From: Marsupella aquatica
Taxonomy: Eukaryota > Plantae > Marchantiophyta
Reading direction: 5' to 3'
Assembly (NCBI GenBank): GCA_973895155.1
Contig: OZ316899.1
Location: 3,741,455 to 3,805,454 of the forward strand
DNA length: 64,000 nucleotides
The translations under genes were made by a program, and so were the position numbers. Below the pieces are notes generated by a model that was given only the letters and a program-made list of their open reading frames with translations, had not been told where the DNA came from and ran no database searches. Position 1 is the stretch's first letter. Each line of letters begins with the position of its first letter. Positions 50,814-62,687 of the stretch are shown in pieces.

Positions 50814-51010
50814 TTATACGTACCTGAATACCCGAGCAGGGCCTGTACATTGGTGTGCCCATCACAACATTGTGTGTCGAGATACACTGAAATTTATGTG
50901 AATCTTGACAAGCTGCAATGACTTTTAGAGACTTGGTCATAGTCGCCCCGGTGCAAAATCGCTAGCAATCCATCATCTGCCAGGAAGGATCCATTGTTCT
51001 CCGGGTACAT
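49641..51010 (-). pseudogene. Spliced beta-class N4C/N6A DNA methyltransferase-like gene, N-terminus lost
   Basis: FLADDGLLAILH (motif VI-like, from 50986); LELITLPGDIVMD*TVGAGSTFVVGDHCGRFVVGVENCKEFLDIA (motifs X-I-II, 50309-50443); phase-0 GT-AG intron 50648-50823 joins the frames. Confidence 0.72.
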
Positions 51011-51499
51011 GGTCTGGTCCACATCCCTGCCAAGCACCCAACCCGGGTCCTTCCTGATCGGTTTCCCTTTCTCCGGCTCTTTCTCGCTCATTTCCTCTTC
51101 TTCGAACCTAACCCTTCTTTCCTTGTCTTGAGTATCCCGCCTCTCTCATTCCCCTGATTGAGACGAAGTGTCATCCTCGTCGGTTTTCTTCCTTTTTGAC
51201 TCAACCGAGGCATCCCAACTAGCCCCAACCTCAACCATTATCGCATTGATCAGCACTGAGTCACTCCATCCGGATCTCTCTCGCATCAGATCCGCCAAGC
51301 GCTTGTAAAACTTATCCGTTTCCGTCACGGGGCCATCCAACTCCACATTGTAAACATTTACTTCCAGGTGCGAAGAGGACGCTGTCGTGATAATTCAATT
51401 ATTCATGATGAAATCATTACCACTAAGTATATTAGTAAGTATATAGGTTAGATTTATATTTTGTTACGGGGTAACTAAATAATTTGACTATTACGTATG

Positions 51500-51870
51500 T
51501 GCATGCAAGGTAAGCAACTATGCAAACCACAAGATGCATGCACAAATTGTTTGGATGCATTTACAAATTGTTTTATTTGCATGCAATAGTCGTTTTATGT
51601 GCATGCAAGGTGAGCAAATGTACAAGCCACAAGGTGCATGCACAAATTGTTTTAGGTGCATGTAAATTGTTTTATTTGCATGCATTAGTTGTTTTATGTG
51701 CATGCAAGGTGAGAAAATGTGCAAGCCACAAGGTGCATGCACAAATTGTTTTAGATGCATGCAAATTATTTTATTTGCATGCATTAGTTGTTTTATGCGC
51801 ATGCAAGGTGAGCAAATGTACAAGCCACAAGGTGCATGCATGCACAAATTGTTTTAGGTGCATGCATTAG
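51500..51870. repeat. 99-bp tandem array rich in TGCATGCA in the J 5' LTR (one unit fewer at about 59196-59470)
   Basis: 33-aa periodicity in the spurious ORFs; LTR lengths of 1367 and 1268 bp differ by exactly 99. Confidence 0.9.
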
Positions 51871-52753
51871 TTGTTTTACTTGCATGCATTATTTGTTTTG
51901 GTTGCAATAGTACTAGCATACATTCCTATGTTGAATGTGTGCCACTTGGCTTTCATCCAAGCATTTGGGCGTAATCCATGTCCTCTTGGATTCAATATAA
52001 ATAAAGTGGTGAGGGACACTCTCTCATCATTCCCACATTTTGATAATTTCCGCGTCGAAGCGATCCTCTTTTCTTCATCTTTCTCTTCTATTCTTTGCCT
52101 TATGTATATAATAGTGGGACATCCTTTGGCCCGAATAGCAAAGGAATAAGTGGTAGACTTATAGATGGGACCTTAGGGAACAAGGTCTCTTTGGAAACTT
52201 AAGGGTGGGGCATCCTTTGGCCCTGATAGCAAAGGAACAAGAGAGTCATTATGAATCCAAGAGGGAGAGATATCCCTAATCTTCCCCTTCGTAACCCATT
52301 TTTGGTTAGAGTCCATCTTTTAGACAAGCCATCCACGAGGCAGCATTTAACTTATCACTTTGGAGCTCAATTTGCAACTGTTGTTATGAGTTCTGATGAG
52401 CCAATAGTATACCCAGTAGTGTCTTACCGAGAGGAGTGGGAGTGCATTATCTTTGTCCTTTATTGAAGTCATGGATCTAAATAGGAGTCCAAATGACATT
52501 CCTATTTCATTTTCTCTTTGAGATATTAGGATTGTATGTTGTAGAAAAATTAGTTTCCGAGATGTGTTGATCCGCAAGTATGGCGAAGTAAGATTTAATA
52601 GTATATTAGTTTCACCTGAACCTTTCTTAATACCCACCACCTTTCTTACAAGAGTTATCATTTTGGTTTTAGTGTAGAACTTATGGGCATGCAAGGTTAA
52701 CTTCATAAGAGCCAACATGCTCTTACGAAAAAACACGGTCACCCGGACATAAG

Positions 52754-52771
52754 TGGCGACCATACTGAGGA
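52754..52771 (+). promoter_or_regulatory. Primer-binding site of J (tRNA-Arg-like)
   Basis: TGGCGACCATACTGAGGA, nearly identical to the K PBS; the tRNA identity is an inference. Confidence 0.75.
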
Positions 52772-52960
52772 ACCGCTGGATTTTGGAGTTAGCTTGTGCA
52801 TGTTTAAGTTTTGGTTGATGGAGAGAGATATGATTTTGGAACTATAAGTCCTTAAATTGTGAGTATATCATTAATTAGTCAAGAGGGAAGGTTTGTAATC
52901 ATGGGAACTGAGATTAATCCAACTGACATGGAAAGGTTTTCATCTTTGGTTGCTGCATAC

Positions 52961-54700
52961 TTACATGGAATGAAGGAGAAGGAGATGGAGTAGAACAAGA
53001 AGAAGAAGTTGCTTAGGAGGATCACAAAGTACTTGCACTCGGTTCTTACTAAGCAAGGAGAATTGGATGGGCAAAATGTGATAAGGTATCTCTAGGGATA
53101 CTGGACAGAGGCTATAATTCACAAGATTGATGCTGAGATAGCAATCAAGGAGTTTGTGTCTTTGGCGGAACCTAAACTCAAGGAAATTGTTGTTTCCTTG
53201 ACAAAGGGAGCTAATGGAGAAAAGGCATGGAATATTTTTGAGCTGAGAATGAAAGAAGAATTTCAGCTGGAAGATCCAGATAGGGTCACCCAGGCATCTT
53301 TCCTTGATTGGGTGACTGACAGAAGTAAGAAGTTGGGACCTCAAGAGTTGATGAGGGAGTTTGTCAAGAAGTTCAATCAACTTCCAAAGATAGGATCTGA
53401 AGTTATCAAGATCCAGAAGGCTACTCTACTCATTCGGGCTGCTGATGAGAAGCTTCAGGATGAGTTAGAGTTTGCTCTTGAGCTAATGAACCCGAGTCGT
53501 GGGGCTAATCAACCAACTTGGGAGAAGGTTGAGATTGCTGTGCTAAGAGTCAGTCAAAAGCATAGAAGGAAGAAACTCAGTCATGAAGGTGTTCTGGACA
53601 CAGTAGCACCTGTGACTTCTATGAGGAGAGTGGAGAAGATGGAATCAACAACCGGTAGAGGTGAGAAGAGTGTGGACAAGATGGATGAGTTGTCTGAACT
53701 CATGAAAAATCTTATCATTCTTGCCACTCAAGCTTTGGGACAAATTGGAGGCAACACATCGAGACCACCATCAAGAGGTAGTGGAGGAGCAGGAAGTTCT
53801 ATCGGAGGACCAAGAAGCTGGAATTGCATTTGGTGTGATAGCAAAGAGCACTCTAGAAGAGAGTGTGCTGAGCTGTCTGCTGATCTAAAGGAGAGAATGG
53901 TTAAGTTTGTTGAGCATGATGGCATAAGAAAACTTGTCTATCATGATTCGGGTGAACTTATTCCAGTCAATGCCAACAAAGGTGGGATGAAGGTACTAGT
54001 GGAGAAGAGAATGGCTGAACATCATAACTCAGCCATTGTTGCAGCTTATGAGGATAAGGGTGAGCATGAAGCAGATGTCTACACTGGGTTTGAGGATCCT
54101 TTGTCAGCAGGATCCTCAGAGACAGAGAAGAAAATGCTAGCAGAGTTTGTAAGGAGGAAATCAAGTTGGAATGATCATGTTTTGATCTCTACTTTTACTG
54201 CAGAGGTAGGGTCTCTATGGGATTCTATGGTGGAGGAGAAGAGAAATTCTGTGGAGCCTTTGGAAGAACGTGCTAAAGAAAAACAGAAAGTGGATTCTGG
54301 ACCTTCTACTCCTAGGCCATCATCTGATGTGCCAATGAAAAGGAGTGTTTGATTTGAGGACAGAGTAAGCACACCAAAAGAGTCTACTTCAACCCCTTCA
54401 AAGGAGTTTGAAGTAGTAAAAAAGGAGAAGATAAAAAAAAGACCTGGTTGGATACTTGGAAGGGATGTGGAGCAACACATAGAGTATGACCAGGTTGCTC
54501 ACAAGTTTTGGAAAGCCATAGTGAGTGGAGTCACCAATGAGGAGTTTTTTGCTTGCATAAACTCCAAAGTGCAAGATGCTTTACTTGCAAAAGTGAAGCA
54601 AAAATGATTTTATAAAGAAGGACCTCATGTATTGGGAGCAGAGTTTTATTCTGAAGTTGGAGAGGATGGAGAAGGTTCATTTTCAAGAGCTAATACAGAG
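52961..54700 (+). pseudogene. gag: J gag with zinc knuckle
   Basis: 398-aa ORF 53156-54352 with CIWCDSKEHSRREC; homologous to K gag. Confidence 0.85.
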
Positions 54701-54706
54701 TGTTAA

Positions 54707-57700
54707 GTGTATCAAGTAAATGTTGAGAAGATCCCCGGACCACAGATGCTAGAGTCTTCAAAGGAGGAGATCCTTGGACCACAGATGCCAGGGTCTTCAA
54801 AGAAGAAGATCCCTAGACCACAAATGCTAGGGTTTTCAAATGATGAAGTTTCTAGATCACAAATGCTAGAGTCTTCAAAGGAGGTAGTTTCTGAACCAAA
54901 GATATCAGAAGCTAAGTTATTGGACTTGGGAAGATGGGAACCATTGATGGGAGAAAAATTTGACAAGTCACAAGAAGTGGCAAAAATCAGTCAAGAGGAG
55001 ATACTCAAGGCTTCACAAAGTGTGTGGGTCATGTGTGCCTCTACCATGAAGAATCTTGAATTGGAAGATGACAATGAGTCCATCTTGGAACCATTTTGGG
55101 CAAGAACTTGCTCAGTGGTGGAAGTGGAACTTGTTGGGATGGAGGGCAAAGCCCGAGCATTGATTGATACTGGATCAGAGGTAAATCTAATGTCAAGAAG
55201 CATCTATGTTCTTGGGCAATGGATGGTTGATTGTGATACCCAGTGGTCGGTAAACTCAATCAATCGTTCAAAGAATACACTTTGGGAAGGATGTCCAGGA
55301 GTTCCAGTGAAGGTTGACAATGTGATTGAGCCAACTAACATCTTTGTGCATGATAGCTTACCCTATGATTTGATTTTAGGGCAGCCCTACATTACTCAAG
55401 CTCGATTGGAATACAAAGTTTTGCCAGATGGTACTCATATGGCAAAGGTGAGGAGTCGAGATGATTTGCGAATTATCCAGTTTCCTGTGGTGAAACCTGG
55501 ACATTGGAGGAATCGGAAGGAGTTGAGAGGACCTGAATCCAAGGAAAGAAATGAGGATTTCCGGAAGGTGTCTCGTTAAACAATGCGGGATGGCGGGGCA
55601 CCGTCTCTGATGGCTTGGAATGTGAATAGTTTGTTGGCAAGTTCATTTAAAGGTGAAAGCTTGCATTGTCGAATTTCTTATGTGAAAGTGTGTGAAACTA
55701 CTAGAAAATTCAAAAAGAAAATTGCGAGGATTGAGGATACTATGCAAATACATGGATTGCTAGAGGAATGTGAGGAGATTGAAGGCCTTCTAGATGAAGA
55801 AGGAGTGGTTGTCTCTTTGGAAGAAGTAATTGAAGGTCTTTCAGAGGGGAGAACTTTTATGGAAATCAGTCATGAGTTGTATGGTGAATTATCTCAATTT
55901 GTTGAGGTCAACACCATGTACAAAATGGTGGACAAGAAAGTGAGACCAACGACACTTCCTTTGCCTTTGGATGCTAAGGAGGTTCTGGAGAAGGCAAGGA
56001 AGGAGACCAGTCTTAGAGATCGGACTAAGATTGGCCATAAATTCACAAAGGAAACCCTTAATCAACTAAGGATTGACGATGATGGGTTGTTGACAAGGAG
56101 AGAAAGAAAGAAGTTTTGACAAATGATTGGTGAACATGGTAAGGCTTTTGCATTTTATCTTGAAGAGATGGGATGTGTAGATCCTAGTGTAGTTACTCCT
56201 ATGGTGATTTTCACTGTCCCTCATATTCCTTGGGACTTGAAACCTATTCCGGTGCCAAAGGTTTTGTTGCCTAAACTTATTGATCTATTGAAGGAGAAAC
56301 TTTCCACTAGGATCTTGGAAAGAGCAGATGCACCTTATTCTAATTGTTGGTTTACCATTCGCAAGAAAAATGGTAAACTTAGATTTATTCAAGATATGCA
56401 ACCATCCAACAAGGTTACTATTCGCAACACTGGGATAGGACCTATAGTTGATGAGTTTGCAGAAGAGTTTGTCGGTAGAGCCATCTATTCATGTGGTGAC
56501 CTCTATTCAGGCTATGATCAGTTTCAGTTGGCTCAAAGTAGCAGAGACATCACTACAATGAGGACACCTTTGGGGCTACTTCGCATGTGTACTTTTCCTC
56601 AAGGAGCAACCAATTCAGTGACACACATGCAGATGCCATGAATAAGGTACTACATCGTTTATTCCAGAGAAGACTCAACCATTCCTTGATGATATGCCAA
56701 TCAAGAGGTGCTTGGAGGCAAAGAAGAATGAGACTGTACAAGAAGATGGGTTGCGACAGTTTGTTTGGGAGCACATTCAGGATGTGAAGGCCATCTTGAA
56801 GAGACTGATTGAGGTTGGGCTCACTCTATCTGGAGAAAAATCTTCATTTGGACTCCGTGTAATCCTGATTGTGGGACAGATTTGTGGAGTTGAAGGGAGG
56901 AGGCCAAATGAAGGAAAGGTGGATACAATCAATCAGATGAAAGATTGCAAAACATCTTCAAAGGTGCGAAGATTTCTTGGTGCTTGTTTGTTTTACAGGG
57001 TTTGGATTGCACACTTTGCACATATTACTGATCCCTTGTATGGATTACTAAGAAAGAATGTGCAATTTATTTGGATTGAGGCACACAAGGAGGCTATGCA
57101 AAGATTAAAGGAGGCATTACTTAGCCCCCTTGTTCTACGTTCCTTATGCTATGATGGGAGGCCAATCATTGTTATTATCGATTCAAGCCCTGATGCTGCT
57201 GGATGGGCAGCAGGGCAAGATGATGAAGAGGGAAGGGAGATTTGCATCAAAGTATGGGGCTAAGGTCTTTTCAGCAAGACAAAGACATTATCCTAAAATC
57301 AAACGAGAATTATGGGGTGCAAGAACAGCTTTGTGCCAAGAAAAGGTCTACTTGATTGGAGCACAAGTAATTCTTGAGACAGATTGTTTACCACTTTTAG
57401 GGATGATTGCTAATTGTGATACTCCAGATATTGCTATGCTACGTTGGATAGCTTTTATTAGAATGATCAATCCTGAGCTTTGACATATTGCTCGAAAAGA
57501 TAACCCCTGTAGCTGATATGCTGTCAAGAGCTCAATATGATTATACTGAGATATCTGAAGCAGTTCAAGTAATGAGTGGAGAATTTGAGATTTTACAATT
57601 TCAAGAGGAACTGTATTCGGGCCAGTTGCTTTTGATTGGGAGGTATCTTAGTACTCTTCAAAGCTCTTCTGAATTGACAGATGATGAGTTTCAGCGATTA

Positions 57701-59036
57701 CGAAAGAAGGCTTACAAGTTCATGCTGAAGGATGGTGTCTTATGTAGAAGATCTTTGAAAAAAAGACATGTTCCATGTAGAGTCCTTGATACTAAAGAGG
57801 AGAAGAATAAGGTCTTGTGGGACTTTCATGATGCAGTTGAAGCAGGACATCGAGGAGTTAGAGCTACTTATGAGCGGATTCAGAAATGGTATTGGTGGTC
57901 AGGCATGTATGTGGATGTGAAATCATATGTTTGATCTTGTAAGACTTGCCAATATTACTCTAAAGTTTGATTTAGGCATGTATGTGGATGTGAAATCATA
58001 TGTTTGATCTTGTAAGACTTGCCAATATTACTTTAAAGTTTGATTTAGGGATGGGTTTAATCCTACTAGTTCTTTATCATTACATTTTCAGTGGGCAATA
58101 GATGTGGTGCACATGCCATTGGGAGTTAGAGGAGCAAAGTACCTTATCCTTGCAAGAGAAGATTTATCTTCTTATGTGAAAGGAAGGGCTTTGACCTCTA
58201 ATACTACTGAAGTAGTATGCAGGTTTGTACTAGAAGATATCATTGCACGTCATGGTTATTTTATGCAAATGAGAACAGATAGAGGAGAACTCAATTTGGA
58301 TGAGGCTATAGATTTCTTTGATCGATTCAACATCAAGCTCGAACTTACTACTGCCTACAACCCGGAAGGCAATGGGAAGATTGAGCGAGGACACCCACCG
58401 ATTGTAAATGCCTTGGTAAAGTCTTGCCAAAGAAAAGCATCAATGTGGCCAAACCTTCTACCATTTGCTCTTTTAGCAGATCGGATGATATGCACTTCAA
58501 CAATAGGATTTGCACCTACTAAATTGGTCTGTGGACATTTACCTTTGATGCAGATTGAAGAGAATGTTCAAAGCTGGAGAACAATTGATTGGGACGATGA
58601 CATCACTCGAGAGGAATTATTGGAACAAAGGATTGAGCACTTTAGCCAGACCAAGGAGAAAATTGAGGAGGCTTTACTAAAGCTAAAGAAGGCTCCTGAG
58701 AAGAATAAGGAGCGATTTGATAAGACTCATCGTCTGAGGCCTATCCCAATCCAGAGTGGAGATTGGGTATTGATCTATGAAGGAGGACTTGAGCAACAAC
58801 ATTCTACGTTAAAAAAGTTTGCACGTCGTTCGAGAGGACCATTTGTTGTTGAAAAAGTCAATCCTAATGCAACCTACTTGGTTAGAGAACTGGATGGAAC
58901 AATTCATCGCACTCCCTATGCAGGAAAACGAGTGAAATTGTTCAAGCGACAAACTCACTTTATGGCAGAAGAAGAAGAGTTTGAACCAGATGACTTTGAA
59001 GCTTTGGATGAGGATGAAGATTACCGCGATCTATAG
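54707..59036 (+). pseudogene. pol: J pol: protease, RT, RNaseH, integrase (no chromodomain seen), with stops and frameshifts
   Basis: ALIDTGSEVNLM; GDLYSGYDQ...TPLGLLRMCTFPQGATNSV; LETDCLPLLG; HD...GHRG...CKTC zinc finger; TDRGE...YNPEGNGKIERGH. Confidence 0.92.
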
Positions 59037-62000
59037 GTGTGGTGCATCCGAAGGTTGCATAGGTTTGGTAGGGGTGATATGTCATGATAATTCAATTATT
59101 CATGATGAAATCATTACCACTAAGTATATTAATAAGTATATAGGTTAGATTTATATTTTGTTACGGGGTCCTAAATAATTTGACTATTACGTATGTGCAT
59201 GCAAGGTAAGCAACTATGCAAACCACAAGATGCATGCACAAATTGTTTGGATGCATGTACAAATTATTTTATTTGCATGCAATAGTCGTTTTATGTGCAT
59301 GCAAGGTGAGCAAATGTGCAAGCCACAAGGTGCATGCACAAATTGTTTTAGGTGCATGTAAATTGTTTTATTTGCATGCATTAGTTATTTTATGTGCATG
59401 CAAGGTGAGAAAATGTGCAAGCCACAAGGTGCATGCATGCACAAATTGTTTTAGGTGCATGCATTAGTTGTTTTACTTGCATGCATTATTTGTTTTGGTT
59501 GCAATAGTACTAGCACACATTCCTCCGTTGGATGTGTGCCACTTGGCTTTCATCCAAGTGTTTGGCCGTAATCCATGCCCTCTTGGATTCAATATAAATA
59601 AAGTGGTGAGGGACACTCTCTCATCATTCTTACATTTTGATAATTTCCGCGTAAAAGCGATCCTTTTTTTTCTCTCATCTTTCTCTTCTATTCTTGCCTT
59701 ATGTACATAGTAGTGGGGCATCCTTTGGCCTGGATAGCAAAGGAATGAGTAGTAGACTTATAGATGGGACCTTAAGGAACAAGGTCTCTTTGGGAACTTA
59801 AGGGTGGGGCATCCTTTGGCCCGGATAGCAAAGGAACAAGAGAGTCATTATGAATCCAGGAGGGAGAGATATCCATAATCTTCCCCTTCGTAACCCATTT
59901 TTGGTTAGAGTCCATATTTTAGACAAGCCATCCATGAGGCAGTATTTAACTTATCACTTTGGAGCTCAATTTGCAACTGCTGTTATGAGTTCTGATGAGC
60001 CAATAGTATACCCAGTAATGTCTTACGGAGAGGAGTGGGAGTGCATTATCTTTGTCTTTTATTGAAGTCATGGATCTACATGGAAGTCCAGATGACATTC
60101 CTATTTAATTTTCTCTTGGAGATATTAGGATTGTATGTCGTAGAAAATTAGTTTCCGAGATGTGTTGATCCGCAAGTATGGTGAAGTAAGATTTAATAGT
60201 ATATTAATTTCACCTGAACCTTTCTTAATACCCACCACCCTTCTTACAAGAGTTATCATTTTGATTTTAGTGTAGAACTTATGGGCATGCAAGGTTAACG
60301 TCATAAGAGCCAACATGCTCTTACCAGAAAACACGGTCACCCGAACAACGCCTCTTTGACTTGCTTCCCAGCTCGCTTTTCAGCCAAAACCTTCATGCCT
60401 CTCTTGTTGGAGTTGAATGGAATCGGCTCTTCAGTATTGGCAAACAATATCTTTTTCTGACCAACTTCACCGATGAACTTGATCAGCCCTTTATCCACAG
60501 CTTCCCTCAGGTCCAGGCACTCCCGTTTGTCATGCTCTTTGCTGTCGCACCACATGCATGGCCAACATTGCATCTCTCGCTTCCTCTCGGGAGCACTCAC
60601 AACCCTCGATTTTGGATTCTTGACTGCATGTGCCGCCAAGATCTTCAGGTTCTGCATCATTTCCGCGAGATCATCCACCGATGGTTTGATCTCATCCTTT
60701 GCTGGTTCTCGCTTCCCTTTCCTCAATATCGGTTCCGGCGGCCTTAGGTCAAGAGTGGTAGCCTCCTTGTCTAGCTCTTGCCGCCGGTGTCAATTGCTCA
60801 CTTTTGACATCGCTTTCTCAACTTGGTTCCAGTCGTTAGACAAGATAACTCTCAAAGGTTCTAGCAGCTCCATCGCGTTCTCAAGCTCCTCTCGAAGGTC
60901 CTCATCGGCTGCCCTCAAGAAGAGCGTCGAGCGCTGCAACTCGATGATTCCCACATCCCGTGTCGGTAATTGAGACACCCTTCTCTTGAACTCCCTTAGG
61001 AGCTCTTGTGGTCCCTTCAACTTCTTGTTCCTATCATTCACCCAATCCAAGAAGGTAGCCTACGTGACCCAATCAGCATCCTCCGCTTAGAACTCCTCTT
61101 TCATCTTCTGGTCGAAGTCATCCCAGCCCTCAGCTGACTCAATGATGGTCCGCACCATTGAACTCAACTCCTTCTCAACTAGCACCATGAACTCTTTCAC
61201 CGCCATCCCTTCGTCCAACTTGTAGACAACTGCTTCTGTCAAGTAAGACTTAAGGTAGCTTGTCACATTTCTCCCATCGAACTGCCCATTCTCCTTCAGA
61301 ACCTCTTGGAGACACCGAGTAGTTCTATTTGCTTCCCTATTTGCCCTTTCTGCCTCAAGCTCTTCCTTCCTTATGGTTCTCATCATCGACATGACAATGC
61401 TCAAGATCCAATCGACTTTGTCATAGTCACCCATCTCATCCAATCGCCCCAAGGAATCCCTAGTATGGTCGCCAATGTCGCGAGGACTTAAAGTTAGGGT
61501 CTCCTTGGGCAAACTGTGCATTTCTGGCTGCAATTAGGACAGGCGACAAGCACTTTTTGGAGCAAACTCTCACTCCTTTATATTTTTTACTTTTCTCACA
61601 AAGGTTACAATAGGTGCCCTCGAGTAAGCTTGCCCGCAAGAGTCTGGTAGCTGGCCCTACGGCGGGCCGCTACCTCTAACTTGTCGAGTAGAACTCCTCA
61701 AGTGACTAACTACTCAAAATTTGACGGAAAAACTATCCTCCTTAGCTCACAAAACCAAAACTCGACTAGCTACTCCACTAGTTTAAAACAGCTCACCCGG
61801 AACTCGGGCCTGGACCAACAAAGCTCCAAACTTGAGACATCCCCGCCTGGATCGACGAGGCTCCAAACTTGAGAAATCCCCGTCTGGATCGACGAGGCTC
61901 CAAACTTAAGAAATCCCCGCCTGGATTGAAAACTCCACACCTGGATCCAACACTTGCCCAGAACTCCAAAACCGCCATACAATAGTCAAGTTCCGCAGAA

Positions 62001-62323
62001 CGGAGTGGAACTCACAGAACACAACTCAACAGATCTCAATAGACAACAACCAACCTCAATGACCCGAGGCTCAAGTCTTAAGTAGCATCGGAAACCCAAC
62101 CATCTAGCCTGAGTCAGCTGCCATCAGTGAGGCTCATCCAAACTCCAAGCCTGGTGACTCACCTAAACACCAAACCTGGTGACGACGAGTCACCCAATCA
62201 CCAAACCTCAATCCATCCAACCAAGCAGCCCCTCCGAGTCAGCATGCACGCAACCCAACCGAGAGGCCTTGCCCATCATCCCCTATAAAAGCCATTCCTG
62301 AGCCAAAACATTTTGACACGACA

Positions 62324-62369
62324 ACGCACAGTTTACCCGAGGAGCCCCTAACTTCTTGTCCTTGTGACA
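62324..62369 (+). mobile_element. Last 46 bp of a plus-sense family-C LTR into which K inserted
   Basis: Reverse complement of the C terminus (...CCCCTAACTT..GTCCTTGTGACA), flanked by ACGT. Confidence 0.75.
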
Positions 62370-62687
62370 ACGTCCTGAAGGAATCACTGGCGGTCATGCA
62401 TCTGAGTAAATTACTCACTCTGCCTTGGTCTGTGATGGGTAATTGTAATGTGCAAGCAAACAGTAAAACTTTTCCTTGCACGAGAAAAAAAATCCTATAT
62501 GACCCCTATTTTTATACATGCAACTGCCTCGCTATCAACTCCCTGGTTGGTAGTATCACTTTTGGGGACTCCCTTTTTGCTAGCAAGCTCGCTAGCAATC
62601 TGGATTCTTTAAAAAACACCAAAAATGTAAAAGGCACCAAAAGCCAACTGAAATTTGGAACCATCATTTTCTCGTTATCAAAATCTC

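Larger units (their letters stand above)
51383..60347 (+). mobile_element. Full-length Ty3/gypsy element J (LTRs 51383-52749 and 59080-60347)
   Basis: TGTC...ACA LTRs; 4-bp TSD ACGC; PBS at 52754-52771; purine-rich tract before 59080. Confidence 0.95.
51011..62323 (-). mobile_element. Element K (family-C LTR): 5' LTR 61476-62323, PBS, gag 60352-61440 continuing at 51011-51378; pol and 3' LTR deleted; hosts J
   Basis: PBS TGGCGACCATACTAGGGA at 61457-61474; CMWCDSKEHDKREC; frame restored across J (VKEASSSHLEVNVY). Confidence 0.85.

Noticed and set aside
51038-51049. DPGW as the methyltransferase catalytic DPPY/DPPW motif
   Set aside because: It belongs to the K gag-pol fragment (KDPGWVLGRDVDQ matches KRPGWILGRDVEQ in J near 54440), upstream of the fusion junction.
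51518-51870. Cys/His/Met-rich ORFs as metal-binding proteins (also 59216-59467)
   Set aside because: They are translation artefacts of the 99-bp TGCATGCA array in the LTR.
52393-52440. CTGATGAG as a hammerhead ribozyme core (also at about 59993)
   Set aside because: No stem II followed by GAAA and no closing stems.
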